Shown here one piece after another: positions 48,451 to 57,675 of a DNA stretch of 64,000 nucleotides; position 1 is the first letter of the stretch, and every line of letters begins with the position of its first letter. This DNA is from a virus. A model generated the notes under the pieces. That model was not told the origin of the DNA. It searched no databases and worked only from the letters and a program-made list of their open reading frames with translations. The translations under genes and the position numbers were made by a program. The stretch spans positions 1 to 64,000 of the IMG/VR virus record IMGVR_UViG_3300006735_000001, one strand, 5' to 3'.

Positions 48451-49280
48451 TTAAAGTCCAGAAGACTAAGACTCTAATTACTAAACCTAATAACAATAGT
48501 GCAAACTGCATAGCTCCCAATATTATCTACGGATGTTTTGGAGGCTGTGTAGACACTTATTGTTATATGTCTAGATATAATGGTAAAAGAGTTTTCGTCA
48601 ATAAAAACGTAGATGAAATTTTTGAGTCTGTTGTTGAATGGGAAAAATTCTTTAATAAAGAACCAGATCAGCAAGACCCTATATATACTATGGTAGATGT
48701 TGCATGTAACTCAGATTTAGTTCTAATGCAAAAGCATATGCCAGAGCCTTTAATTGATTACCTTAAGCGTTATGATAATCATCCTCAGTTAAATAGTACT
48801 ATGGCTACTAAGTATCCGGGGTTATTAAAGTTAGATGTAAATCACTTTAATAAACCACCACGGGTCCGTGTTAGTCTTATGCCTCAGAAGTATTCTAATA
48901 TATTAGAACCCAAGATGCAGCAAATTACAAAGCGCATTATGGATGTTGAACGTTTAAAAGACTTAGGATGGCAAGTTCATCTTAATTATAGTCCTTTAGT
49001 TTTTTATCCCGGATGGAAAGAAGAATATGATAGTTTATTTAAAGAGGTTAAAATTAATGCAGGTATAAATAAATGTGAGGTAATCGCATTAACTAATCAT
49101 AAAAAGCAAATGGCTAAAGCTTCATCAGAAGCCCAAGAATTGATGAGACGTTCTTATGAAGTTAAGAATCAGTCAGGAGTAATGAGATATCCTTTAGAGC
49201 ATAAAGGTAGATTACTTAAAGAATTCAAGAAAATATATAGTAGATATTTTCCATTAAATACAATAAGATATATATTTTAG
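48447..49280 (+). CDS. Spore photoproduct lyase-family radical SAM protein
   Basis: GCFGGCVDTYCYM (CX3CX4C), DVACNSD (matches the B. subtilis SplB AC141TSD region), ATKY, RVSLMP, VHLNYSP, MRY, IRYIF. TTG start overlaps the polB stop. Confidence 0.85.
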   Translation: MIKVQKTKTLITKPNNNSANCIAPNIIYGCFGGCVDTYCYMSRYNGKRVFVNKNVDEIFESVVEWEKFFNKEPDQQDPIYTMVDVACNSDLVLMQKHMPEPLIDYLKRYDNHPQLNSTMATKYPGLLKLDVNHFNKPPRVRVSLMPQKYSNILEPKMQQITKRIMDVERLKDLGWQVHLNYSPLVFYPGWKEEYDSLFKEVKINAGINKCEVIALTNHKKQMAKASSEAQELMRRSYEVKNQSGVMRYPLEHKGRLLKEFKKIYSRYFPLNTIRYIF

Positions 49281-49332
49281 TTTGCTGAGTCAAATTAATT
49301 TATTATATTTACACTTTAAAAGTTTATAAATT

Positions 49333-50265
49333 ATGGGATACAAAAAACCAATTGAAACAACCAGAAAATATCTGGAAAATGCACCCTTACCTCAACATGG
49401 TAAGAGTTATACAGTTATATCACATAAAGAAGTGATAGACAATACTTTATTTCTACTACAACATAGTGGATTTACTGTCAGTAAACAGCTATATAGATGT
49501 AATCATAATGCAAATGTAGCACAGGGAATATATTATATAGTTCCTAATAGTGTTGACTCAACCATTAATAATGAAAAAGAATTGGGTATGATGTTTGCTT
49601 GGACAAACTCATATGACAAGTCAACTAGATTTCAATGTGCTGTTGGAGCATATGTAAAAGTATGTTACAATGGTATGGTTGCTGGAGATATGTTAAATTT
49701 TAAAAGAAAACATACAGGGGCAGCACATTTTGATGTTAAGATGCAAATATCTAATCAGATTAAAAATGCAGAAAAGTATTACAAAAGAATACTTAATGAT
49801 AGAGATCTGATGAAGAGTATTACACTTAACTGCAGACAACAAGCAGAGTTAGCAGGTAGATTATTTATTGAAGAAGAAATTTTAGATACACAACAAATGA
49901 CATGTGTTAAATCTGAGATAGATACTCCTACGTATTCATATGATGAGTCTTTAGATTCTGCCTGGACATTCTACAATCATGTTACTCATGCTCTTAAGAA
50001 AGCACACCCAAGAGATTGGTTGGCTGACCAACAGAACTTTCATGATTTTATGACCGCACTATGTAATAGTTTTAATACTACTAATAGTAAGTATGAAAAA
50101 TGGTTAACTGATAATCCAGATTATACAATATCAGATAAAGTAGAAGAAATATCTGAAACAGCACCAACTACTGAAGATGCTGAAGAAATAATAGTAAATG
50201 ATTATGAGATAGAATTGGCGGATGTAGATTACACTAATGAATCTGAGTTCCTGCTGAATGATTAA
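49333..50265 (+). CDS. DUF932-like phage protein
   Basis: YTVISH, NSYDKS, VCYNGM, KRKHTG, AWTFYNHVTHALK. Confidence 0.7.
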   Translation: MGYKKPIETTRKYLENAPLPQHGKSYTVISHKEVIDNTLFLLQHSGFTVSKQLYRCNHNANVAQGIYYIVPNSVDSTINNEKELGMMFAWTNSYDKSTRFQCAVGAYVKVCYNGMVAGDMLNFKRKHTGAAHFDVKMQISNQIKNAEKYYKRILNDRDLMKSITLNCRQQAELAGRLFIEEEILDTQQMTCVKSEIDTPTYSYDESLDSAWTFYNHVTHALKKAHPRDWLADQQNFHDFMTALCNSFNTTNSKYEKWLTDNPDYTISDKVEEISETAPTTEDAEEIIVNDYEIELADVDYTNESEFLLND

Positions 50266-50338
50266 AACATTTATAATAGCATTTATAGTAGGATTTATTT
50301 GCTTTTATATGTGTTTAACTAATAAGTATAATAAATAA
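50258..50338 (+). CDS. Micro membrane peptide, not in the ORF track
   Basis: MIKTFIIAFIVGFICFYMCLTNKYNK*. Confidence 0.4.
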   Translation: MIKTFIIAFIVGFICFYMCLTNKYNK

Positions 50339-50341
50339 ACC

Positions 50342-50398
50342 GGAGAGAAAAACCAACAAGGGTCTAAGTTTTTGCATTCTTAGGCCCTCTCTCCTTTT
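50342..50398 (+). terminator. Bulged hairpin terminator
   Basis: GGAGAG...AGGGTCTAAG/CTTAGGCCCT-CTCTCC followed by TTTT. Confidence 0.6.
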
Positions 50399-50413
50399 AA
50401 AAAAGAATCACTT

Positions 50414-50803
50414 ATGATAACAGTAATAGAATGGAGAAGAAGACAACAGTTTGAATCAAAAAAATTAGCATCAGAGTATTTTAAAATACCTATTTGGCTC
50501 ATAAATAAAAGTATTGCAAATAATGAAGAGGTATCTTATAGAGTAGATGAAGTAAATACTCCATCACAAGTTAGAAAATATAAGTTCTCTCAAGCATATT
50601 TCCAAGGTGGTGCTACCAAAGAACTACCTATCCAAACAACTATACCCTTTGGAAAGTATAAAGGTAAAGAACCTAAAGAAGTTCCTCTTGGGTATCTTTT
50701 ATGGATGTATAAAAAAACAGACTGCCCTATGGTTGTTTTAAGAGCACTAAGAGAAGTTAATAAATTAATGAACGGTAAATATGAAAAAGGTAAGAAAATG
50801 TAA
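50414..50803 (+). CDS. Protein with an N-terminal NUMOD1-like helix motif and a C-terminal PFGKYKG (DUF3820-like) domain
   Basis: FESKKLASEYF and IPFGKYKGKEPKEVPLGYLLWM. Confidence 0.65.
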   Translation: MITVIEWRRRQQFESKKLASEYFKIPIWLINKSIANNEEVSYRVDEVNTPSQVRKYKFSQAYFQGGATKELPIQTTIPFGKYKGKEPKEVPLGYLLWMYKKTDCPMVVLRALREVNKLMNGKYEKGKKM

Positions 50804-51113
50804 TTCTTGTGGGACAAGTGTTTTTAAAATTGATAATCCCCCCTATGCTTATGAGTGTAAGGTATGTAAAAAAGAAAAATTTGCTTATGAGACATATAAT
50901 TTTATATCATTATTTAGCAAAGGCATAGTAATTATATTATTAGTGTTAGCCTGTAAACCACCTAAATATAATCCAGATACTGATCCTAATATATTAGATT
51001 GGTATGTAGACGGAAATGATACAGTAATCTATACAAAACAAGACTCTATTAAAGATGCTCGTGAAAGATGGGAATACATCAGAAGCATAGATAATGACAG
51101 CCTTTGGGAATGA
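50781..51113 (+). CDS. Zinc ribbon plus TM protein
   Basis: CNSC...CKVC followed by GIVIILLVLAC. Confidence 0.55.
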   Translation: MKKVRKCNSCGTSVFKIDNPPYAYECKVCKKEKFAYETYNFISLFSKGIVIILLVLACKPPKYNPDTDPNILDWYVDGNDTVIYTKQDSIKDARERWEYIRSIDNDSLWE

Positions 51114-53444
51114 TTAGAATGTGCTTAATGCTGCTCTTCTCCAGTTATTATCAGCATAACAGACATAAATATGATTAGCATCAAATTTAATCTGTCCAGC
51201 TGTACCAGCAGCAGTTGCGCTTGAAGGTACTGAATCAACATTACCCTCAAAAGTATTTACATCTTTCCATTCTAAGTCAATGCTGCCTGCTGATTTAAGC
51301 ATGGCCATACCAGTATTTCCTGCTGCTACTTTAGGTAGTCTCCAATATGTGTTAGCAATTGTTGAAGTTGATGCTGGTCCTGTTAGTTCTAACATACCAT
51401 TACCATATAATTTAAATAAAGTATCTGTTACTCTTGCATCACCATTAGCGGAATCTAAGTATTCATTTATAATTGCAAAATAAGTAGCATCATTTTGTGC
51501 TGATGTTACAGTACCTGGATTAAAGAACAATTCATTTTCTCTTGACCCTGCTGAATTATTATAAGCAAAAGCCATACCTTGAACATTAGTAGGATTTGCT
51601 GATGCTGTATTTCCACTAACATATAAGTATCCGTTTGCTCCAGATCCGCTTGTTGTTAGTGGTCCTTGCATATTAGCTGCACCTGTAACTGTAAGTCCTC
51701 CATTAACTGTAACATCTGTAGCTGTAAGATTTACTACATCAGTACTAGCTACAGCAAGCCTTAAAGTAGTAACACCTTTTACTACACCATTACCAGCTAG
51801 ATTTGCAAAACCATCATTGCCATTAGGACCTTCTACAGTTAAACCTCCATTTCTGACTGTTGCACCTGCTGTAACAGTTTGAAACTTTACAACATTATCA
51901 TGATATAGATTTACACCAGCATCTACATTAAAATCAGCATAAGTTTCACTTGCAATAGCATCTTTTACAAGTCTTATTTTATTTTGACCATGTATTAATA
52001 AATCACCTGTTCCAACATCTCCTATAATACTATTACCAGTAGTTGCACTATGATAAATAGATAAATCACTTGCATTTGGCCCACCATTTCCAGCACCAAA
52101 TCTTAAAATTGTATTATCTTCAAATCGAGCTGATCCTTTAAAGCTTATTATATTATTACTAGCTGCACCGTCATTTTCAAAAACTGATTGATTAGCATTT
52201 GTTGCTGATACATTTATTGCTCCAGCTATTGTTATAAGTGCTGTACTTTGAGTAGCTATTGAATCTCCTAATGTACTACCATCTGGTGTCCATAATGGAA
52301 TTTTATTTGCTGTTCCTGATCCAGTTACTCCATCAGCCCATATAACAGTATTACTTGCAGTTGATTTTAATACTCTACCAGCTGAACCAGCTAAACTACT
52401 AGCAGAATCTTTTATGGGCCCTTGTATATTTGTAGTAGCTTCAAGGGTTAACTCTTCGGAATCCGCTGATCCTATTGTTAGCCTTCCATTCCCAGCAGTA
52501 CTCCATACCATTGGTACGGGTGCACCATTTCCTATTACAGACCCACTGGCTGTAAACATTGCTACGTTAAGTGCAGTTCCTGTACCAGTTACTAAATCAA
52601 GACTGCTAATTAAGTCTCCAAGTTTAATTCTTTTGTTTTCACTAGCTGATTCATCAAGTATCATCAACTGATCAGTTATTACTGCATTGGTTGCAAGATC
52701 ATTTAGAGTAGATATGGTAGTACCAATCTCTATATTACTACCTATAGAGACTACGTTTGATCCAAGCAAATTACCAACAGCACTAGACACTATAGATTTA
52801 TAACCTACAGTTGTACCATCTGATATAATTAATTGACCGGCTGTTCCTGGAGGAAGAGGTTGTTGTATACCTTGAGCATTACCTACCCATATATTACCTT
52901 GTGGAAGAGCTACAACTGGATCATCATCTGACCATACAACTCTACCATCAGCTAAAGATCTTAATACTCTATTAGCAGCACCTGCTTCAGCACCAGCAGA
53001 ATCAAGAACTCGGTTAAATAATGATGTGCCATGTGTAGTATCTCCTGATGTACCTAACTCAATTTTTGTTTTTAGTACAGTATCTTTGTTAACAGTAAGT
53101 CCACCGTCAATAGTAATTTTAGTAAGACCAGAAGAAGTAGACTGACTTGCAATACTATCTTCTATAGAAGTATTTTGATTAACACAAGTTCCAGATACTG
53201 GAGCATACATGGGTAAAGTCTTTACTGTAGCAGTACCATTTTGAAGTACTACATTTTCTAAAATTTGACACTTTAAATCCCCAAGCTTTAGTATAAAGGG
53301 TTCTCCTTTTGGTTGATAACCAGGATTTCCAACACTAGCTTGAAAAACTCTTCCAAGTTCAATGTAGTCTCTTTTAAAGTCTGCTTTTGTTTGCTTCTTA
53401 TTTCGGTGTAGAAGTCCTAAAACCTCCTGTATAAATATGCTCAT
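51114..53444 (-). CDS. Fibre/spike-like virion protein
   Basis: 776 aa, G/T/A-rich. Contains SGTANKIPLWT and DLSIYH..GTGDL modules and a C-terminal VPSSATAAGTAGQIKFDANHIYVC..NNWRR cap. Confidence 0.8.
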   Translation of the reverse strand: MSIFIQEVLGLLHRNKKQTKADFKRDYIELGRVFQASVGNPGYQPKGEPFILKLGDLKCQILENVVLQNGTATVKTLPMYAPVSGTCVNQNTSIEDSIASQSTSSGLTKITIDGGLTVNKDTVLKTKIELGTSGDTTHGTSLFNRVLDSAGAEAGAANRVLRSLADGRVVWSDDDPVVALPQGNIWVGNAQGIQQPLPPGTAGQLIISDGTTVGYKSIVSSAVGNLLGSNVVSIGSNIEIGTTISTLNDLATNAVITDQLMILDESASENKRIKLGDLISSLDLVTGTGTALNVAMFTASGSVIGNGAPVPMVWSTAGNGRLTIGSADSEELTLEATTNIQGPIKDSASSLAGSAGRVLKSTASNTVIWADGVTGSGTANKIPLWTPDGSTLGDSIATQSTALITIAGAINVSATNANQSVFENDGAASNNIISFKGSARFEDNTILRFGAGNGGPNASDLSIYHSATTGNSIIGDVGTGDLLIHGQNKIRLVKDAIASETYADFNVDAGVNLYHDNVVKFQTVTAGATVRNGGLTVEGPNGNDGFANLAGNGVVKGVTTLRLAVASTDVVNLTATDVTVNGGLTVTGAANMQGPLTTSGSGANGYLYVSGNTASANPTNVQGMAFAYNNSAGSRENELFFNPGTVTSAQNDATYFAIINEYLDSANGDARVTDTLFKLYGNGMLELTGPASTSTIANTYWRLPKVAAGNTGMAMLKSAGSIDLEWKDVNTFEGNVDSVPSSATAAGTAGQIKFDANHIYVCYADNNWRRAALSTF

Positions 53445-53453
53445 GATTCAAGT

Positions 53454-53798
53454 TTATAGATATAGTGCAGCCACTTTAACTGATGCTGTAGCTGAACATG
53501 TTATTTTTATATTTCCTGCTGTATTATTAAATGCTCTAGTCTCAAAAGGGCCTAAAAAACCTTCTTTTGTTGCAGCTAAAGTTAATACTGCATTTTCTTT
53601 TACTAATTTACCCAATTGTGGATCAACTACAGTAGTTATTTCAGGCACTACAGTAGCAGTTATACTAGAACTACTGTCATTTCGTACATGAAAAAACTGT
53701 ACACCAGTATTAGTTACTTCATCTCCACCTGCTGCTGGAGTTACATAAGTTGGTAATAAACCAGATTGTGTTATCTGTTGTGCTGTTAACTTTGCCAT
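53454..53798 (-). CDS. Putative capsid decoration protein
   Basis: GLLPTY..AAGGD..FFHVRN..SITATV...GPF, an all-beta small virion-protein pattern. Confidence 0.5.
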   Translation of the reverse strand: MAKLTAQQITQSGLLPTYVTPAAGGDEVTNTGVQFFHVRNDSSSSITATVVPEITTVVDPQLGKLVKENAVLTLAATKEGFLGPFETRAFNNTAGNIKITCSATASVKVAALYL

Positions 53799-53808
53799 AA
53801 TTTAATTT

Positions 53809-54030
53809 TTAACTATTTCTGTATCCATTTTTAAAAGCTGCTGACTGAACTGGTTCTGCTGCTCTTGTGGATTTCATATCACATACAATACCAGCTTTAG
53901 CTAATCTTTGTCTTTTAGCAACTTTTTTTGCATTTCTTTTCTGTTGGGACTTCTGATATTGAGAAGTAGGGTTAAAGTACCCATTAGGTACATTACCGTC
54001 TCCCACCGGGAATGATATTTTTTTTGCCAT
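53809..54030 (-). CDS. Small basic protein
   Basis: 73 aa, K/R-rich. Confidence 0.65.
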   Translation of the reverse strand: MAKKISFPVGDGNVPNGYFNPTSQYQKSQQKRNAKKVAKRQRLAKAGIVCDMKSTRAAEPVQSAAFKNGYRNS

Positions 54031-54041
54031 AACTTTAATTT

Positions 54042-54350
54042 TTATTTTTTCATGTAAGCTTTACGTGCAGTCTTTCTGACCATACCTTTCTTAGTGCCTG
54101 CTTTCTTTTTTGAACCTCCTCTTTTATACTTTACTTTGCCACCATTAGTCATCATATCTAAAAGATCAGACTCCATACCTTGAAGACCTCCCATTTCACC
54201 TGCCATTTCCATAACTCTTTTACCAGCATTCATAATACCTTCACTAATGTAATCACCTTTTGATGATCCACTACCTGATGTAAGATTATTAGCCATACCC
54301 ATGCCACCCATGTTCATTTTTTTAGCTAACATTTTTTTCATATTTCCCAT
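54042..54350 (-). CDS. Met/Gly/Lys-rich low-complexity protein
   Basis: Repeated M-x-x-GG motifs and a basic tail. Confidence 0.65.
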   Translation of the reverse strand: MGNMKKMLAKKMNMGGMGMANNLTSGSGSSKGDYISEGIMNAGKRVMEMAGEMGGLQGMESDLLDMMTNGGKVKYKRGGSKKKAGTKKGMVRKTARKAYMKK

Positions 54351-54362
54351 AATTTCTAATTT

Positions 54363-54833
54363 TTAATTTTTGTTGTTACTTATTGTTTTAAATTTTTCTG
54401 CCCCTCTAGAACCAAAATATGCTACATAGACAGTTATTAAAAGTGACTTGAGTAAATCTACCCAGCCACCGTCAATACTAAAGTCTATATCAAAACCATC
54501 TAACAATATAAATATAACTAATGAAACAGTCAAAAATATTAACGTTAATGGTCTTGTATTTTTAGATAAGTATGAGTCAGACTTCATATCTGCCTGCCAT
54601 CTCTTACTTACTTCTTGCATCTCAATCATGTCTTGTTCAAGAAGCTTCAATGCTTTTTCTTTGTCTTCTGGTGGCAATACAATATCAGGCTCCTTTTGTA
54701 TAAGACCTTTAACAACACCCAATAGACCTGCATCAGGCAATGCATCACCAACTAAACCAACAATACTTGGAACTTTCTCTGTTAGGAATTTTCCAACCTT
54801 AGTTTCACTAAATCTTTTCTTTGGCTTACTCAT
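54363..54833 (-). CDS. Putative holin (3TM/GTA-type)
   Basis: RWQADMKSDSYLSKNTRPL followed by two TM helices and YFGSRGAEK. Confidence 0.75.
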   Translation of the reverse strand: MSKPKKRFSETKVGKFLTEKVPSIVGLVGDALPDAGLLGVVKGLIQKEPDIVLPPEDKEKALKLLEQDMIEMQEVSKRWQADMKSDSYLSKNTRPLTLIFLTVSLVIFILLDGFDIDFSIDGGWVDLLKSLLITVYVAYFGSRGAEKFKTISNNKN

Positions 54834-54843
54834 AATTTTTTGT

Positions 54844-55686
54844 TTATGGATATATTCTTATTTCTATTCCTGTTCTTAATAATTGATTGTCAGCAAGACT
54901 TCCATTTTCCTGCGTACTTAACTGAAAACTTGCAGTAGCACCACCAAATATATTAATCACTACTGTTTGATTTTTTAAATTACCTTGTGCAGGTGCAAAA
55001 AATACTTTGTCCAAATTAGCCAGAGCTGTTCCCCAAGTACCTCTATACATACCTGTGTTTGTACGTGTCCATACAATAGTATTACCGGTTGTATTTTCTA
55101 GTACTGTTGCAACTGGTGCATCGGTTCCAGATTGTGATAACAACGCAGTATAGCTTGTATACGGTCTCCCATCTGTGGAATTAATAGTAATCTCATTTGC
55201 GCTTTGTGCTAATGTTACATTTGTACCTCCTATTAAAGATCTAAAATTAAGTGTCTCACCTACTTTATCTTTCCATATTGCAAATCCAGTTCCTGCATTA
55301 GCAGCCGTATTAGGCTCACCTGTTGTAGTTATCTCTACATAATCATCATCATCAGAGTTGGCAAGAGTCAGGTTGCTACTCAAAGACTTTAAGGATCTGT
55401 AAAATACAGTACAAGTCTCAAGAACGTCATCAGATTCTGTTTTCTGATATACTTGACCAGTGCCAGCAGCTGGAGAAGCTGGAGAATTTGCATGTGCACA
55501 GTGTTCTGCAGCAACCTTAAAATCTCTCACCTTTATAACTTTAACACTCTTGTAAGGTATTGGTGAAGCAACACCTTCCATATCAGGCTGTTCATTAGTT
55601 CCTATTATAAGAACATCATTTAAACCAGCTTTCTTTGCATAAACTGATCTTTTTATTAAACTTAATACATCAGTTAAAATATTCAT
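54844..55686 (-). CDS. Structural/fibre-like protein
   Basis: LNFRSLIGGTNVTL module, C-terminal YTALLSQSGTDAPVATVLENT...IEIRIY domain. N-terminus resembles that of 51114..53444. Confidence 0.65.
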   Translation of the reverse strand: MNILTDVLSLIKRSVYAKKAGLNDVLIIGTNEQPDMEGVASPIPYKSVKVIKVRDFKVAAEHCAHANSPASPAAGTGQVYQKTESDDVLETCTVFYRSLKSLSSNLTLANSDDDDYVEITTTGEPNTAANAGTGFAIWKDKVGETLNFRSLIGGTNVTLAQSANEITINSTDGRPYTSYTALLSQSGTDAPVATVLENTTGNTIVWTRTNTGMYRGTWGTALANLDKVFFAPAQGNLKNQTVVINIFGGATASFQLSTQENGSLADNQLLRTGIEIRIYP

Positions 55687-55859
55687 TTCTTCTTCTGTTT
55701 TTTAGATGGGCCACTGTATGTATTATGGGTACCCCCCCCTAGTTTTTTCTTTCTCAAGTTTCTTTCAAAAGCAGAATGCATCATAATCTCACCACCTTTA
55801 GGTAATAACTTATCACCATTTTTAGGTTTCTTCTGTATTGGAAGTTTGTGAGTTCTCAT
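55683..55859 (-). CDS. Small basic protein, not in the ORF track
   Basis: MRTHKLPIQKKPKNGDKLLPKGG...SKKQKKK*. Overlaps both neighbours. Confidence 0.55.
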   Translation of the reverse strand: MRTHKLPIQKKPKNGDKLLPKGGEIMMHSAFERNLRKKKLGGGTHNTYSGPSKKQKKK

Positions 55860-55957
55860 TAATCTTTATTTTTTTTACAGCATACTTCTTTTCGGCAAGA
55901 TCCTAAACAAACTTTACCAAATGTAATCCACTGTATAAATACACATATATTTCTCAT
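55859..55957 (-). CDS. Cys-rich micro-protein, not in the ORF track
   Basis: MRNICVFIQWITFGKVCLGSCRKEVCCKKNKD*. ATGA and TAATG coupling. Confidence 0.5.
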   Translation of the reverse strand: MRNICVFIQWITFGKVCLGSCRKEVCCKKNKD

Positions 55958-56079
55958 CTTCCTTGACCTCTATATTTTTGTTTATATCCGCTTTGACCTC
56001 TAGAAGCATTCTTAGAATGAACCCCTGGTCTTTTTTTACCAGATACTTTTTTATAATTATTCGTAAGAATTCTAGCCAT
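55954..56079 (-). CDS. Small basic protein, not in the ORF track
   Basis: MARILTNNYKKVSGKKRPGVHSKNASRGQSGYKQKYRGQGR*, no D/E. Confidence 0.65.
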   Translation of the reverse strand: MARILTNNYKKVSGKKRPGVHSKNASRGQSGYKQKYRGQGR

Positions 56080-56324
56080 TACTTCTTTTTTCTACCTTTA
56101 CGGGCCTTGCCTGCTAATGCATCATCAATATCACCAAGTTGATTACCAACTTGTTTTATAGCTAATCCTACATCTGCTAGCTCAGCAGCAGTAAGTTTAT
56201 ATCTTTTCTTAATCTCTTTTAAAGTAGCAATTGCTTTCTCGTCTAGAGATGTTCTAGACCAAACAGCTCTCCAATAATCTTGAAGGCTATAAGTCCATAA
56301 TACATTTATAAATTTTTTAAACAT
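56079..56324 (-). CDS. Hypothetical basic protein (start probably MFKKFIN, not 56375)
   Basis: The track's N-terminal extension overlaps the promoter motif at 56342-56364. Confidence 0.6.
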   Translation of the reverse strand: MFKKFINVLWTYSLQDYWRAVWSRTSLDEKAIATLKEIKKRYKLTAAELADVGLAIKQVGNQLGDIDDALAGKARKGRKKK

Positions 56325-56341
56325 AATAATCTTTTTAATTG

Positions 56342-56364
56342 ACACTATATAAATAATATACAAA
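56342..56364 (-). promoter_or_regulatory. Putative late promoter
   Basis: 23-mer identical to 6355-6377. Confidence 0.7.
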
Positions 56365-56533
56365 TTTTGTCTCACTTAACCAACATTAAGAGTCAGATTA
56401 ATATTATATTTGTTTTTAAATAAAATTTACTAGATTAGTTTTTTGTGTATGATCTATTTTTCTTACATTGATAATATCTAGTAGCTGCACTTCTTTTTGA
56501 TGTGTGGCTTTTTAATCCTATATACCATATACT

Positions 56534-57514
56534 ATGCAACAAAACATATTTAATTCTAGGGTAAATATCCTACCTTATGAATATCCACAATTATTAAAAT
56601 ACAAAGACGCAATTAGACATTCTTACTGGATTGATACTGAGTTCAACTTTACAGAAGACATCCAAGATTTTAAAGTCAATATATCAAGTAATGAAAAAGA
56701 TGTAATTAAAAAAACCATGCTTGCTATTGCGCAAATAGAGGTTAATGTAAAAACTTTTTGGGGAGACTTATATAAACGCATGCCTATTACAGAGATAGGA
56801 GATGTAGGCTTTACTTTTGCTGAGTCAGAAGTTAGACATAAAGATGCTTATGCAAGGTTGCTTAGGATATTAGGATTAGAGAAAGAATTTCAATCAGTAG
56901 TTGAAGTTCCTGCAATAGAAGGTAGACTTAAGTACTTAAAGAAATACCTGGACGGTACACGCTCTAGAGATAATAAGATGTACACCAAGTCTGTATTACT
57001 GTTTTCACTATTTATAGAGCACGTAAGCCTGTTTAGTCAATTCTTAATTATGATGAGCTTTAACAAAGAAAAGAATGTACTTAAAGGTATATCTAATGTT
57101 GTTGAGGCTACTAGTAAAGAAGAGGAGATACATGGTAACTTTGGTGCTGAGATTATTAATATAATCAAAAGAGAAAATCCAGAATGGTTTGATCAAGAGT
57201 TTGAAGAATTAATTGATTCAGCTTGTAGAAAAGCTTATACAGCTGAGTGTGGAATACTTGATTGGATTTTTGAAAAAGGGGAACTTAGTTTCCTGCCACA
57301 GAATACAATACAACATTTTATAAAAAACAGATTTAATAACTCTTTAGATAAAATAGGTATGAAGCCCATCTTTGAAGTAGACCAAGAACTATTAAAGTCA
57401 GTAGAATGGTTTGATATAGAAATTACTGGTACTAAAGAAGGAGATTTCTTTTACAAGAAGAGTATTGACTATAATAAGAAAAGCAAGAGCATCACTGAAG
57501 ATGATCTATTTTAA
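56534..57514 (+). CDS. nrdB: Ribonucleotide reductase small (beta) subunit, class Id-like
   Basis: E69 (IAQIEVNVK, K73), E99xxH102, Y106, IEHVSLFSQF, EEEIHG, DFFYKKSIDY. Confidence 0.92.
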   Translation: MQQNIFNSRVNILPYEYPQLLKYKDAIRHSYWIDTEFNFTEDIQDFKVNISSNEKDVIKKTMLAIAQIEVNVKTFWGDLYKRMPITEIGDVGFTFAESEVRHKDAYARLLRILGLEKEFQSVVEVPAIEGRLKYLKKYLDGTRSRDNKMYTKSVLLFSLFIEHVSLFSQFLIMMSFNKEKNVLKGISNVVEATSKEEEIHGNFGAEIINIIKRENPEWFDQEFEELIDSACRKAYTAECGILDWIFEKGELSFLPQNTIQHFIKNRFNNSLDKIGMKPIFEVDQELLKSVEWFDIEITGTKEGDFFYKKSIDYNKKSKSITEDDLF

Positions 57515-57525
57515 ATAATAATATA

Positions 57526-57666
57526 ATGATAACAGAGCAAACTAATGGTAACACTCAAGTAAACACAGAGAGAGGAAACTTCAATCAAAGAGTTTCTAAA
57601 TTTAAGATGTTGGGTAAATCCAAGAAAGTCCAATGGGACGGTAAGAGAAGAAACAGAACAATTTAA
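57526..57666 (+). CDS. Small basic ORF between nrdB and nrdA, not in the ORF track
   Basis: MITEQTNGNTQVNTERGNFNQRVSKFKMLGKSKKVQWDGKRRNRTI*. Confidence 0.5.
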   Translation: MITEQTNGNTQVNTERGNFNQRVSKFKMLGKSKKVQWDGKRRNRTI

Positions 57667-57675
57667 ATAAAACCA

